From: a virus
Taxonomy: Duplodnaviria > Caudoviricetes
Length of the DNA stretch: 38,138 nt
Strand: one strand, 5' to 3'
IMG/VR virus record: IMGVR_UViG_3300027265_000052
Location: 1-38,138 of that record
The position numbers were made by a program, and so were the translations under genes. Each line of letters opens with the position of its first letter. The stretch's first letter is position 1. This document shows, piece after piece, positions 10,657-18,287 of the stretch. A model generated the notes under the pieces. It was not told the origin of the DNA. It was given only the letters and a program-made list of their open reading frames with translations, and ran no database searches.

Positions 10657-10828
10657 TGCTCATCTCTTTTTTGGTAGGCACTGGCTTAACGACCAGCAAA
10701 TCGCCGTCGGTAATCCGGCGGGTGTAATACGCGGTTTCTTCAACCGCAACGGCCTCGGCCTCTATGTACGATTTCGGCTTGCCTTCGATCGGCACCCGTA
10801 AGCCGGGCGCAGCTTTTACGGTGATCAT
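10649..10828 (-). CDS. Mu gp38-like small protein (DUF2635)
   Basis: Manual translation MITVKAAPGLRVPIEGKPKSYI...YYTRRITDGDL, 59 aa. Confidence 0.85.
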   Translation of the reverse strand: MITVKAAPGLRVPIEGKPKSYIEAEAVAVEETAYYTRRITDGDLLVVKPVPTKKEMSNV

Positions 10829-11427
10829 ATTGATGTCTCCAGTGTGATTAGATCGGATGCGGCGGGGGTGCCGTCGCGCGGTGGGGTGTCGTAATCAATG
10901 CCAATCCGCAGTAAATCAGGCGCATCAGGTTCCGACTTGGCAATGTAATATTTAGTGGTGAGTTCCACGGCATAACACACCATGCAATTGCCTTTGATGG
11001 TAGTGTTAAACAATACTTTGATGCCGCCAGGGTTGAGGGTATCGATTCCCGGCCCCAGATCGTGCGCTAAGAACAATTGGCGTGTATCGCTGATCATTTG
11101 ATAGGCGCCAACGTCAAACGCATTGCCTTTCCTGCCATCCAGTTCGCCGCGAGCATTACGCGTTGCGGCGAAAACTGAAAACGTCGCCGAAACCAGCCAA
11201 CGTTTGCGCTGGGTGTCGTAACTGATCGGTTTACCCTCGCCTTTAAAGGTTACCCATACCGCCGGAAATCGGGGCAGAATTCGCGCGATGGCATCGGCGT
11301 CTCCGGACAATTCGCCGCCATAGCTGGCGACGGTTTTAATTAGATAGCCGAAATCGTGCGCTTTGATCAGCGCCAACATGGCATCTTCGATTTGGGCGGG
11401 ATAATTTGTAGGATAATTTGTACTCAT
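10825..11427 (-). CDS. Mu gp37-like neck/tail-completion protein (DUF1834)
   Basis: TVASYGGEL...PAVWV, GAYQMI. Start placed at ATG 11427, at the predicted +1. Confidence 0.85.
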   Translation of the reverse strand: MSTNYPTNYPAQIEDAMLALIKAHDFGYLIKTVASYGGELSGDADAIARILPRFPAVWVTFKGEGKPISYDTQRKRWLVSATFSVFAATRNARGELDGRKGNAFDVGAYQMISDTRQLFLAHDLGPGIDTLNPGGIKVLFNTTIKGNCMVCYAVELTTKYYIAKSEPDAPDLLRIGIDYDTPPRDGTPAASDLITLETSI

Positions 11428-11433
11428 GGCGCC

Positions 11434-11476
11434 AGTGTATCGGGCCATGAAGACAGGTGAGATTAAAGCGATTTAA
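11434..11476 (-). promoter_or_regulatory. Late promoter: dyad TTAAATCGCTTTAA + 23 nt + -10 TACACT
   Basis: Same dyad and 23-nt spacing recur at 15402-15444 and 30269-30311. Confidence 0.75.
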
Positions 11477-11517
11477 GATTAACGAGAGGAGGGTAAAGTG
11501 GCGTTAGGCGTCGTATT

Positions 11518-11685
11518 TTAATTTTCGGTAAGACGTTTAAATATTTTTAGAGCTTCCACTGCTATTCGTCCATTTTTTTGCCATTGCGCCGCCTTATGTT
11601 CAAGCCAACGATAGCAAAGCCGATCAATTTCTTCCCAATCGTCATTTGCACGATTTACACCTTCAATAAATTCTTTTGTTGTCAT
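11518..11685 (-). CDS. Hypothetical protein, 55 aa (cassette-like)
   Basis: MTTKEFIEGVNRANDDWEEIDRLCYRWLEH...; GAGG RBS; stop is 8 nt before GCCTAAC. Confidence 0.6.
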   Translation of the reverse strand: MTTKEFIEGVNRANDDWEEIDRLCYRWLEHKAAQWQKNGRIAVEALKIFKRLTEN

Positions 11686-11727
11686 TGTTAATCCTCACAC
11701 GGCGTTAGGCTCTTAGATTCTCCTACT

Positions 11728-11905
11728 TTAGTGCGGTAGCCCACGATCACTGAGTAAATCGAATAGCGCCGCTCCAATACCAGCACAGTCAACAACGATT
11801 AGGTGCAACCAAGCCAGCAGCGTGAAATGCTGATTCTATTGATGTTGCCAGTTGATCTATTTTTCCATCATCGCGCCCAATATCAATTAACCATTCAATA
11901 TTCAT
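11728..11905 (-). pseudogene. Probable frameshifted small cassette gene
   Basis: MNIEWLIDIGRDDGK... stops at 11789; an adjacent frame continues IVVDCAGIGAALFDLLSDRGLPH*. Confidence 0.35.
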
Positions 11906-11982
11906 ATAATTACCATTATTGCTTGCTCAGTTTTCGCAAGTCCAAGCCTAACTTGTAGTTCCAGCGGAACCGCGCCCGCTTG

Positions 11983-12393
11983 TTAATAATCCTTGAGATT
12001 ACCAAATACCGGGAGGAGTGAGATAAATGCGAGACTATCAGTAGCCGCTGGTGCGGTTCCTGCCGAGTCAGGCTCCAATTTAATCTTACCTTCCGCAACT
12101 TTCTCTAAATAGCGGATGGCTTTTTTGTACCGGGTATCAACCACGTCCGGGATTTGATTTTTATACAAATAGAATCTGACCAGATCGCAGGCCATCAATT
12201 CAAAATTGCCCGGCACGTTGGCCAAAGGCAGCGTGTATGCGACTAGATAACTATTGATTTCCGCATCGGCATCCGCTATAGCCCGGTTGGCGACAACCGC
12301 ATCAATCTCGCCCACGTTGGATTCATCGGTCAATTGCATTAACTCTGATTCATCGAATCGGTCCTTCAGGTTTTGTAGCGTACAGTAAGCCAT
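11983..12393 (-). CDS. Mu gp36-like head-tail adaptor (DUF1320)
   Basis: MAYCTLQNL..RF, AIADADAEINSYL...Y.LPL, RYKKAIRYLEKVAEGKI. Confidence 0.92.
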   Translation of the reverse strand: MAYCTLQNLKDRFDESELMQLTDESNVGEIDAVVANRAIADADAEINSYLVAYTLPLANVPGNFELMACDLVRFYLYKNQIPDVVDTRYKKAIRYLEKVAEGKIKLEPDSAGTAPAATDSLAFISLLPVFGNLKDY

Positions 12394-12414
12394 GCGCAAT
12401 TCCAATTATGTTTA

Positions 12415-12452
12415 TAAATGCACCAGGGCGTTCAAGCAGCCTGGTGCATTTA
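12415..12452. terminator. Hairpin after the capsid operon (terminator or mRNA stabiliser)
   Basis: TAAATGCACCAGG / CCTGGTGCATTTA, perfect 13-bp stem; no clear U-tract. Confidence 0.5.
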
Positions 12453-12464
12453 GATCAAGATTTA

Positions 12465-12944
12465 CTACTTCTTGCCGGATTTTTTAGACGCGGGATCGGA
12501 AGCCGCCTCCGTTGACTGTCCGGTTGGTGCCTCAACCAGTTCAGACGTATTGCTGGCTTGCTCAAGCGTATTCAACGCTCCCTGAGATTCCGGCATATTC
12601 GAGGAATCGCTTTGGTCTTGACCATCTTCCGGCTTCTCCAACTCTTTAGCAGAACCGGACGCAGCTTCCTTCGGATGTTCGGCTGACACGCTAGCCGGAG
12701 CAGGCGCATTGCCTGTTTGTTTCGGCATATTAGACACATCACTTTGATGTTGATCGTCTTCCGCTTCTTTCTGTTCTCCCAGCCATTCGGTTAACCTGAT
12801 GACGCCTTGATCAATTAACGCGCTTGCGTCATCTTCATCCAGTTCTTTAAGTTCTATTCTGTCGCCAGGCTCCAGATATTCATTGTCATGTTTGATCGGC
12901 TCAAGAATTTCATAGCCTTTCACTATAGATATTAACGAAGTCAT
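12465..12944 (-). CDS. Hypothetical acidic protein downstream of capsid
   Basis: Y.ILEPIKHD...PGD.IEL...A..LI..GVI N-terminus typical of post-capsid proteins, followed by a low-complexity tail. Confidence 0.75.
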   Translation of the reverse strand: MTSLISIVKGYEILEPIKHDNEYLEPGDRIELKELDEDDASALIDQGVIRLTEWLGEQKEAEDDQHQSDVSNMPKQTGNAPAPASVSAEHPKEAASGSAKELEKPEDGQDQSDSSNMPESQGALNTLEQASNTSELVEAPTGQSTEAASDPASKKSGKK

Positions 12945-12945
12945 A

Positions 12946-13911
12946 TTACGCTACAGCCTCACTGATCAAATAGCCCGCTTCGGCACCTGAAATAACTGGG
13001 GTAACCTCATCAATGACGGGGTAAATCCAACTACGGGTGTTTTTTTCATAATAGGGTTGATCCACTAACGGGTAGTTTTTCAACCTATAGGTATAGCCGT
13101 AACTTGGCGTCCCTCTTGCCGCTAATGAAGCAGTACGAGTATAAGCAATCACTACTGACTTACCCCAAACATCTGATGGCGTATCGGAGTTATCCAGTGC
13201 GATCGCATCACCAACATGGAATGATTCCACATCAAAAATATCCGCCATTTGTTGCTTGGTCAATTTTGCCTGCCCAGTTTCGCCAGATATTGAAACCACA
13301 CCAGCCAGTATTGCAGCATTGACTAACTTTGGATGACGTCTTAGAACTTTCCAGACTTTAGGTCCAACAACCATCGTATTCGGGCGCATGCCAGTAACGG
13401 CACGTATTGTCTCGATTGCCACATCGACGTCGCCAATCGGATCGGAATTAGCGTAATCGCTCCATTTACTTGTACCCGATAGCGTTACTTTGTTGCTGGC
13501 GCTATAGTTTGCTGCGGTCGTAGCGAGTGTTGCTTGGGAAATTTCCAAACGCAAAAGGATAATATCTTGTGTCGTCAGGATGGTCGTTGAGCTCATCTCG
13601 ACGCCCGGTACTACGGCCGCTTCTTCTTCGATTTCGATTGGCAGCTGTCCCTCAAGCGCATGTTGGGTCAACGCAAACGGAGCCCCGGAATAACCGACGT
13701 TGACTCGTCTAATGTTACTGCCGGGCGAGCGTACCAAATTATATTGGCGCCATGCACTCTTATCGAACGTGATGATTTTTCCGCCGCGAGCGCCGACCGA
13801 TACAGGGGGAAATAGCGCCATGCCGATGTAACTATCGTTGCGGTAGCCTCGTGCAACGGTGGTCAATACGGGGTCTACGACGCGGGCCGCGCCAGTGGTC
13901 ATTTGTGTCAT
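12946..13911 (-). CDS. Major capsid protein
   Basis: ARVVDPVLTTVARGY, KWSDYANSDPI, PSYGYTY; follows protease and DUF2190. Confidence 0.92.
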   Translation of the reverse strand: MTQMTTGAARVVDPVLTTVARGYRNDSYIGMALFPPVSVGARGGKIITFDKSAWRQYNLVRSPGSNIRRVNVGYSGAPFALTQHALEGQLPIEIEEEAAVVPGVEMSSTTILTTQDIILLRLEISQATLATTAANYSASNKVTLSGTSKWSDYANSDPIGDVDVAIETIRAVTGMRPNTMVVGPKVWKVLRRHPKLVNAAILAGVVSISGETGQAKLTKQQMADIFDVESFHVGDAIALDNSDTPSDVWGKSVVIAYTRTASLAARGTPSYGYTYRLKNYPLVDQPYYEKNTRSWIYPVIDEVTPVISGAEAGYLISEAVA

Positions 13912-13920
13912 GGATAGCTC

Positions 13921-14265
13921 CTAATTTTGAATCAAAATGATTTCGACGAATTGACCTGCTGCCGTGGCCACTTCGCCCGGCGCCAAGCGCGCTAACGTCA
14001 CGCCGGCTGCTTTGGTTACAGCGCGGCCAGATGCGTCGGCTTCGATCAAGGCATTGGCGGCGATCGCCGCGCCGGTTTCGACAACGGCGGTGCCGATCAC
14101 ATCAACGGGTATATGTTCGCCGGATACGCCAGCTGTTCTGCCTACGCCCAAGGCATTGCCGGCCGCGCCGGTCTGGGTGCCGTCACCGGCAACAAACCGA
14201 TTGGCAACGACAGTGCCGGTCAGGGCCAGGGTCAGCGTTAATAACGGGATAGCTTGTCTTGACAT
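13921..14265 (-). CDS. Capsid decoration/cement protein (DUF2190-like)
   Basis: Ala/Gly-rich; GTAVVETGAAI...ADASGRAV. Confidence 0.8.
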   Translation of the reverse strand: MSRQAIPLLTLTLALTGTVVANRFVAGDGTQTGAAGNALGVGRTAGVSGEHIPVDVIGTAVVETGAAIAANALIEADASGRAVTKAAGVTLARLAPGEVATAAGQFVEIILIQN

Positions 14266-14273
14266 GTCGGTTC

Positions 14274-14753
14274 CTATTTACGTTTGGATACCGCGCTCAG
14301 CGCGGACTGATAATCGACGTTGTGGGTACTCGCGTAGGCAGTAGCGTCGTTGTGTAACTTCAGTTGTACCGTATCGACGACTACACCTTCAGGAGCCGCG
14401 AAATCGACGGTCTGATTGTCATCGTTGTCGGCACCGATTTCGCCGAACTCGACAATCTTTGGTGCTTTAGCCAGCCAGTCATTTTTGACGGCATCGAACA
14501 ACGGCTTTTTGCCGTCGCCTTCGCCGAACTCAACGACCTGTTCTTGACCGGCCATGAAATCCAGCGTGGCCACGACCAATCCCTTTTGGAAAGGCAGCAG
14601 ACGTTGTTCTTTAATCAGGTTCTCGGCAAAATTGAGGTGGGCGGTATGTAGGGCGGTTTGCTTATCGCGCTTTTGCGTTTCGGCAAAGTTAGCGCTATCT
14701 TGTTTGAGCCGTGCGTTTTCGGCCTCCAGCTCGGCGATACGTTGTGCAGTCAT
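14274..14753 (-). CDS. Internally initiated scaffolding protein (gpZ-like)
   Basis: AAGGAG 5 nt before in-frame ATG (MTAQRIAELEAENARLK, coiled coil). Mu I/Z precedent. Confidence 0.65.
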   Translation of the reverse strand: MTAQRIAELEAENARLKQDSANFAETQKRDKQTALHTAHLNFAENLIKEQRLLPFQKGLVVATLDFMAGQEQVVEFGEGDGKKPLFDAVKNDWLAKAPKIVEFGEIGADNDDNQTVDFAAPEGVVVDTVQLKLHNDATAYASTHNVDYQSALSAVSKRK

Positions 14754-15395
14754 AGGATCTCCTTCGGAAAATGCGGGTTGCGGGGTAGCGTCATCCTGTT
14801 CGGCGGCTTCCTCCATCAATTCTTGTTGAGCGGATTGTTCGAGTTGCTGCACGGCGTATTGCGGTACAACCTTGTCGGCCTCATCCTGGCCGTATTTGCC
14901 GACAAAATATTCTCGGATATTGCGCCACAGGCTAGCGTTTTGAACATCGTCCCATTCGGCGAACTCGACGATGCCATCGTCCCATTCGGCGAACTCAGCT
15001 TGTTTTAAGCCTTTGATCGCCGGTGGTTGAGCACCCAAGAAGCCGACATGGCGCAAGTAATACACGCCTGGGACCGGGTTGCTTGGCGAGTCCGGCATAT
15101 AGAAACTGGCGGATACTTTTTTGAAGCGGCCGGCTTTGAACAGTTCGGCGAATTCGGCATCGACTTGATCCGGCTCGATATGCAGACCGGTTTCAGAAAA
15201 TAGCAAGGATTTAACCCACCCGTAGGCCGGTGCGTCGGCCTTAGGATGACCTACGACCATCGGGGCTTCATGCACCGCCGGATTGTAGGCCGCTGCCGAG
15301 GCAGCCAAGTCGTTTTCGGTAAAATCCAGCACGGCGCCACTCATTGCAGCGTGCGTACCGGGTTTAAAAATGTGGATGGATTTATGTGTGTTCAT
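14274..15395 (-). CDS. Prohead protease/scaffold (Mu gpI-like)
   Basis: IHIFKPGTH, EAPMVVGHP, APAYGWV, YLRHVGFLGAQPPAIKGL. Start placed at ATG 15395, at the predicted +1. Confidence 0.93.
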   Translation of the reverse strand: MNTHKSIHIFKPGTHAAMSGAVLDFTENDLAASAAAYNPAVHEAPMVVGHPKADAPAYGWVKSLLFSETGLHIEPDQVDAEFAELFKAGRFKKVSASFYMPDSPSNPVPGVYYLRHVGFLGAQPPAIKGLKQAEFAEWDDGIVEFAEWDDVQNASLWRNIREYFVGKYGQDEADKVVPQYAVQQLEQSAQQELMEEAAEQDDATPQPAFSEGDPMTAQRIAELEAENARLKQDSANFAETQKRDKQTALHTAHLNFAENLIKEQRLLPFQKGLVVATLDFMAGQEQVVEFGEGDGKKPLFDAVKNDWLAKAPKIVEFGEIGADNDDNQTVDFAAPEGVVVDTVQLKLHNDATAYASTHNVDYQSALSAVSKRK

Positions 15396-15401
15396 GGCCG
15401 T

Positions 15402-15444
15402 ATTGTGATCGGCCATGAGCAAGGGGGGGATTAAAGGCGTTTAA
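15402..15444 (-). promoter_or_regulatory. Late promoter: dyad TTAAACGCCTTTAA + 23 nt + -10 CACAAT
   Basis: Same architecture as the other two copies. Confidence 0.75.
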
Positions 15445-15473
15445 AACGATGGTACCTACACGGCTATATCGCG

Positions 15474-15649
15474 TTATGTGTCGTCATCAAGCTGTTCTCC
15501 ACGGGTGATTTTATCGATAGCTTTTCCTGGCTCTTCTTCCGCCATAATAGCCCGCACTTCGTCTTCATCTTCAGCGTAGACCGTCGCCGTCCAGCTCGCG
15601 CACGAAATCCGCGTTTAGTCTCGCTAAACTTCACTTCCCATTCGTACAT
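15474..15649 (-). pseudogene. Frameshifted small cassette gene
   Basis: GGAG RBS, MYEWEVKFSETKRGFRA, then a shifted frame SWTATVYAEDEDEVRAIMAEEEPGKAIDKITRGEQLDDDT* whose TAA lies in ACATAAC. Length 176 nt fits a 1-nt deletion. Confidence 0.6.
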
Positions 15650-15664
15650 TCAGAGTCTCCCGCC

Positions 15665-15738
15665 GCATAACACGGCACTCAGGGCGACGCCGGTTAAGCA
15701 TCGCGGTATTTATTAAAGTTCGTCGGCGGCGCGCCTTG
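15665..15738 (+). repeat. Truncated attC-like site
   Basis: GCATAAC-ACGGC-ACTCAGGG-CGACGCCG...CGGCGGCGCGCCTT; the R' end is missing. Confidence 0.62.
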
Positions 15739-15922
15739 CGGGAATGTGCTGTAAAGAAAAGCTCACTATTTTTTTAGATCCCCCGTTTATTTCTATTTCA
15801 TCAGGAAAAAGAATGAATCCTCGTTGAAGCTCGCAGGCTGCTTCGGCCATGTAAGCTAATTGAGGTTCACACAGAGATATTTCACCGATTTTTTCCCCAT
15901 TATTTATTATTGGTATTTTCAT
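15713..15922 (-). CDS. Hypothetical protein, 69 aa (cassette-like)
   Basis: AGGTG RBS just after GTTATGC; the C-terminus (ARRAADEL) reads into the attC remnant. Confidence 0.65.
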   Translation of the reverse strand: MKIPIINNGEKIGEISLCEPQLAYMAEAACELQRGFILFPDEIEINGGSKKIVSFSLQHIPARRAADEL

Positions 15923-15936
15923 TCAATCACCTATAA

Positions 15937-16056
15937 GCATAACGAGTCGGTCAAGGCGACCCGCCGACCGTCAAGCGTTTTAATGTTGTGGTTGGTTAAA
16001 GCTCAGTGCTTCGTTCTAGTTCATGCCCCGGCGGTCTCCTTACCGTGGCGTTAGCC
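15937..16056 (+). repeat. Complete integron attC-like site (120 bp)
   Basis: R'' GCATAAC, 5-nt spacer, L'' GGTCAAGG, stem CGACCCGCCG...CGGCGGTCT, L' CCTTACC, 5-nt spacer, R' GTTAGCC. Confidence 0.8.
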
Positions 16057-16308
16057 ATAAATTCTAGTTAGTGAGGTAATTACCCATTTCAATCCAGTAT
16101 CTCCAGACCCATAGGTTTCGTCGGCAATCCGGCGTATATCGTCTAAGTGATTGCCGTTACTGATCGGATATTTTGATTTATAAATAAAATCATATTTAAT
16201 TTGGTTTTCGCGTCTTTCTACGCACACATGGTATGTAATAATGTCTACCTGTTCATTCAACGCAGACCCGCCGCGCTTATCTTCGTTTAAGTTTTCTTCA
16301 CTGTTCAT
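16051..16308 (-). CDS. Hypothetical protein (cassette-like)
   Basis: AT-rich ORF whose stop TAA lies in GGCTAAC. Start is uncertain (16308 or 16341). Confidence 0.6.
   Translation of the reverse strand: MNSEENLNEDKRGGSALNEQVDIITYHVCVERRENQIKYDFIYKSKYPISNGNHLDDIRRIADETYGSGDTGLKWVITSLTRIYG
16243..16273 (+). repeat. Degenerate attC left half inside an ORF
   Basis: GTCTACC-TGTTC-ATTCAACG-CAGACCCGCCG; shares GACCCGCCG with the 15937 site. Confidence 0.5.
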
Positions 16309-16359
16309 AATTTTCTCGGTTTCAAAATTACATTGCCACATATTGCATCTCCAGTAATG

Positions 16360-16459
16360 TAATACCGTTTATAAACGATTTATAAACGCGCTGATTGCCT
16401 TTTTCCGCTCTCATTACGGCAACGATAGCGCCTCAAGGGTTTTTTAAGCCTAAAATCGA
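16360..16459. other. Candidate Mu-type strong gyrase site
   Basis: CGTTTATAAACG palindrome, TTTATAAACG repeated at an 11-bp period; non-coding, upstream of gpI, roughly central. Confidence 0.45.
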
Positions 16460-17035
16460 TCAGCTTGCCGCTGACAATCCGGCAAACAAATCACCGGTGC
16501 TATTTTGGCGCTTGCTCCTCATAGCCTCAGTAATGCGCACTGAAACGCCAGGGTAATGTTGGCATAAGTGCATGGCGATATCGCTTGCCAGTGTTTTTGC
16601 TTCGGCCTCGGTTATGCCGGCCCGTTGTAGCTCGGCCGGTAAATAGTCTTCCAGCACTGCCAACGTAAGCGGCCGGTTGTCCTCATTTTCAAAGTCCTCC
16701 GGAAAAAGGTCATCTTGGTGTTTGCGCATATGTCTGCGGCGCATGATGTTCACAATGTTGTAAATATGTTGCAGACTCAGCCGATGACGTATTGCCAAAT
16801 CGATGTGATTACGGCCCTTAAATTCCTGCCAAATTACTTCATAGTGTTCGTCCAATGCCGCCAGCGCCGCGATGTCTCTAGTCGGCACGTACATCGATTG
16901 CCCTTTGAAATTAAGAAACAGACAATCAAACAGCGCTTTGGAACAAGCCAGCGCGATACGTTCCGGGTAAGCCTCGCTCACTTTACGGTAAGTGAGGCTC
17001 TCCAGATCGCCTATAATATCGTTGGCAGTGATCAT
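16460..17035 (-). CDS. mor: Mor/C-family transcription activator with C-terminal extension
   Basis: FKGQSMYVP...IWQEFKGRNHIDLAIRHRLSLQHIYNIV...QDDLF; follows gemA. Confidence 0.88.
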   Translation of the reverse strand: MITANDIIGDLESLTYRKVSEAYPERIALACSKALFDCLFLNFKGQSMYVPTRDIAALAALDEHYEVIWQEFKGRNHIDLAIRHRLSLQHIYNIVNIMRRRHMRKHQDDLFPEDFENEDNRPLTLAVLEDYLPAELQRAGITEAEAKTLASDIAMHLCQHYPGVSVRITEAMRSKRQNSTGDLFAGLSAAS

Positions 17036-17036
17036 G

Positions 17037-17525
17037 TCAGGCGGCCTTTTTCTTGATCCGTTGTAGCCATTGTTTCAACTGCTCGATCAACCGGCTGGCC
17101 TGGGCACTACTTAGCCATTGCAACGCCTCGATGCCGTCGGATGATTTGGTTTGACCGGCGATCCAGCGCGCCAGGGCGCGTTCGCTTGAATGGCGAACGC
17201 CACCTACCGCGTGCAATTCGAGCCACAATGCGCGGATCATTTTGCTTTGAGCATCGTCGGCCAACGCTCGGCTTTTCGGATTCCCCGCCTTATTACCGTT
17301 TGCATGGCGCACTTTGAACCCAGATTGTTTCATCGCTTCCAGAGCGTTGAGCAATTGTTTGTCGCTCAACGTCGTGGCCGAGTAACGGCCGTCTTTCAAC
17401 GTCGCTCCCTGCATCGGCAACCAGATGCCGTAGTAAAATTCGTCATCCCAATTCAGTTCAGTCTTACCGACGGCCAGCAGGGTGTAATATGTTTTTCTGT
17501 TGATTTTTCCGGTATTAGCTCGCAT
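17037..17525 (-). CDS. gemA: GemA/gp16-family protein (DUF1018)
   Basis: SKMIRALWLELH..G.VRH.SERALARWI, QASRLIEQLKQW. Confidence 0.9.
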   Translation of the reverse strand: MRANTGKINRKTYYTLLAVGKTELNWDDEFYYGIWLPMQGATLKDGRYSATTLSDKQLLNALEAMKQSGFKVRHANGNKAGNPKSRALADDAQSKMIRALWLELHAVGGVRHSSERALARWIAGQTKSSDGIEALQWLSSAQASRLIEQLKQWLQRIKKKAA

Positions 17526-18207
17526 CTATCGCCTCGGCCGTCAAAAAATCAAACGTAAACCCATCCGGGAATTCAACGGACGACATCGATAATGGGATCG
17601 CTACCTTCTCGTTTGCCTCGTTCATAAAATACGCGTCTATAAACCAACAACTACGCATCGGCTTGTAGGCTTGCAAGATAGTGTTAACGCCATCGGTAAA
17701 ATTGACGTCATGATAATCATCGGTCATTTTTTGCAGTTCCAAGACCCGGCTCGCGCGTAAATTACCCTTTGCGTCTTTTTTCAGCAGTCTAAAAACGGTT
17801 TTCACCAGCTTGGCTGAATTAGGGTCTTGCGCCAATGAATCCAGATAATCCGTTACTTTTTTAATGCCCGCTGATACGGTGTCGTCCCAGCCGTCATTGA
17901 CTCGGTAGCCGATTGTGATGCCGTATTTTTCGGTCGAAAAGGTATGGCTTTGTTGGTTGTCGGTGACACCGAAAACCTCCGCTTTCATCTTCAGCAAGTC
18001 TTTAAAATAGGCAAACGTTTCCGATTTAATCGCGCTCAAGCTATCCGATACAGTCATCAATTTAGCGACCGCATCGGGGACGGTCGTTTGTACCAAGTCT
18101 TTGTAGGCTTTGCGGTCCTGTACGGACTTATTGCGTTTAACGCGCAATAAATCTTCAAGCTGCTGCTCAGTTAATTCATTCGGGTTTATCAGGGTATCAG
18201 TGGTCAT
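17515..18207 (-). CDS. DUF3164-family Mu-like early protein
   Basis: QQSHTFST, GYRVNDGWDDTV.AGI, KGNLRASRVLEL. Start moved to MTTDTL (18207). Confidence 0.8.
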   Translation of the reverse strand: MTTDTLINPNELTEQQLEDLLRVKRNKSVQDRKAYKDLVQTTVPDAVAKLMTVSDSLSAIKSETFAYFKDLLKMKAEVFGVTDNQQSHTFSTEKYGITIGYRVNDGWDDTVSAGIKKVTDYLDSLAQDPNSAKLVKTVFRLLKKDAKGNLRASRVLELQKMTDDYHDVNFTDGVNTILQAYKPMRSCWFIDAYFMNEANEKVAIPLSMSSVEFPDGFTFDFLTAEAIDAS

Positions 18208-18224
18208 TTTGTTGTACCGGTTGT

Positions 18225-18287
18225 TTAAAAATGGATCATTGCCGACAGCGCAGCCAGCACTACCAACAACATCATAATGCTGTCCAT
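18225..18287 (-). CDS. 20-aa hydrophobic peptide
   Basis: MDSIMMLLVVLAALSAMIHF*; TAATG coupling to the upstream stop. Confidence 0.4.
   Translation of the reverse strand: MDSIMMLLVVLAALSAMIHF

Larger units (their letters stand above)
11498..11980 (+). repeat. attC-like remnants bounding a small-gene cluster
   Basis: GTGGC-GTTAGGC (core at 11503), GGC-GTTAGGC (core at 11704), and a left half GCCTAAC-TTGTA-GTTCCAGC-GGAACCGCG (11946). Confidence 0.6.

Noticed and set aside
11399-11422. 12-bp tandem duplication at the gp37 start (TNYP TNYP)
   Set aside because: In-frame slippage at a flexible N-terminus; no sign of function.
1108-15434. Many plus-strand ORFs across the tail and head region
   Set aside because: Antisense shadows of well-supported minus-strand structural genes; no RBS or motifs.
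15464-15649. The 61-aa ORF as listed in the track
   Set aside because: Its C-terminal two-thirds look out of frame. The shifted frame is more protein-like and stops in the core site, so it is called a pseudogene.
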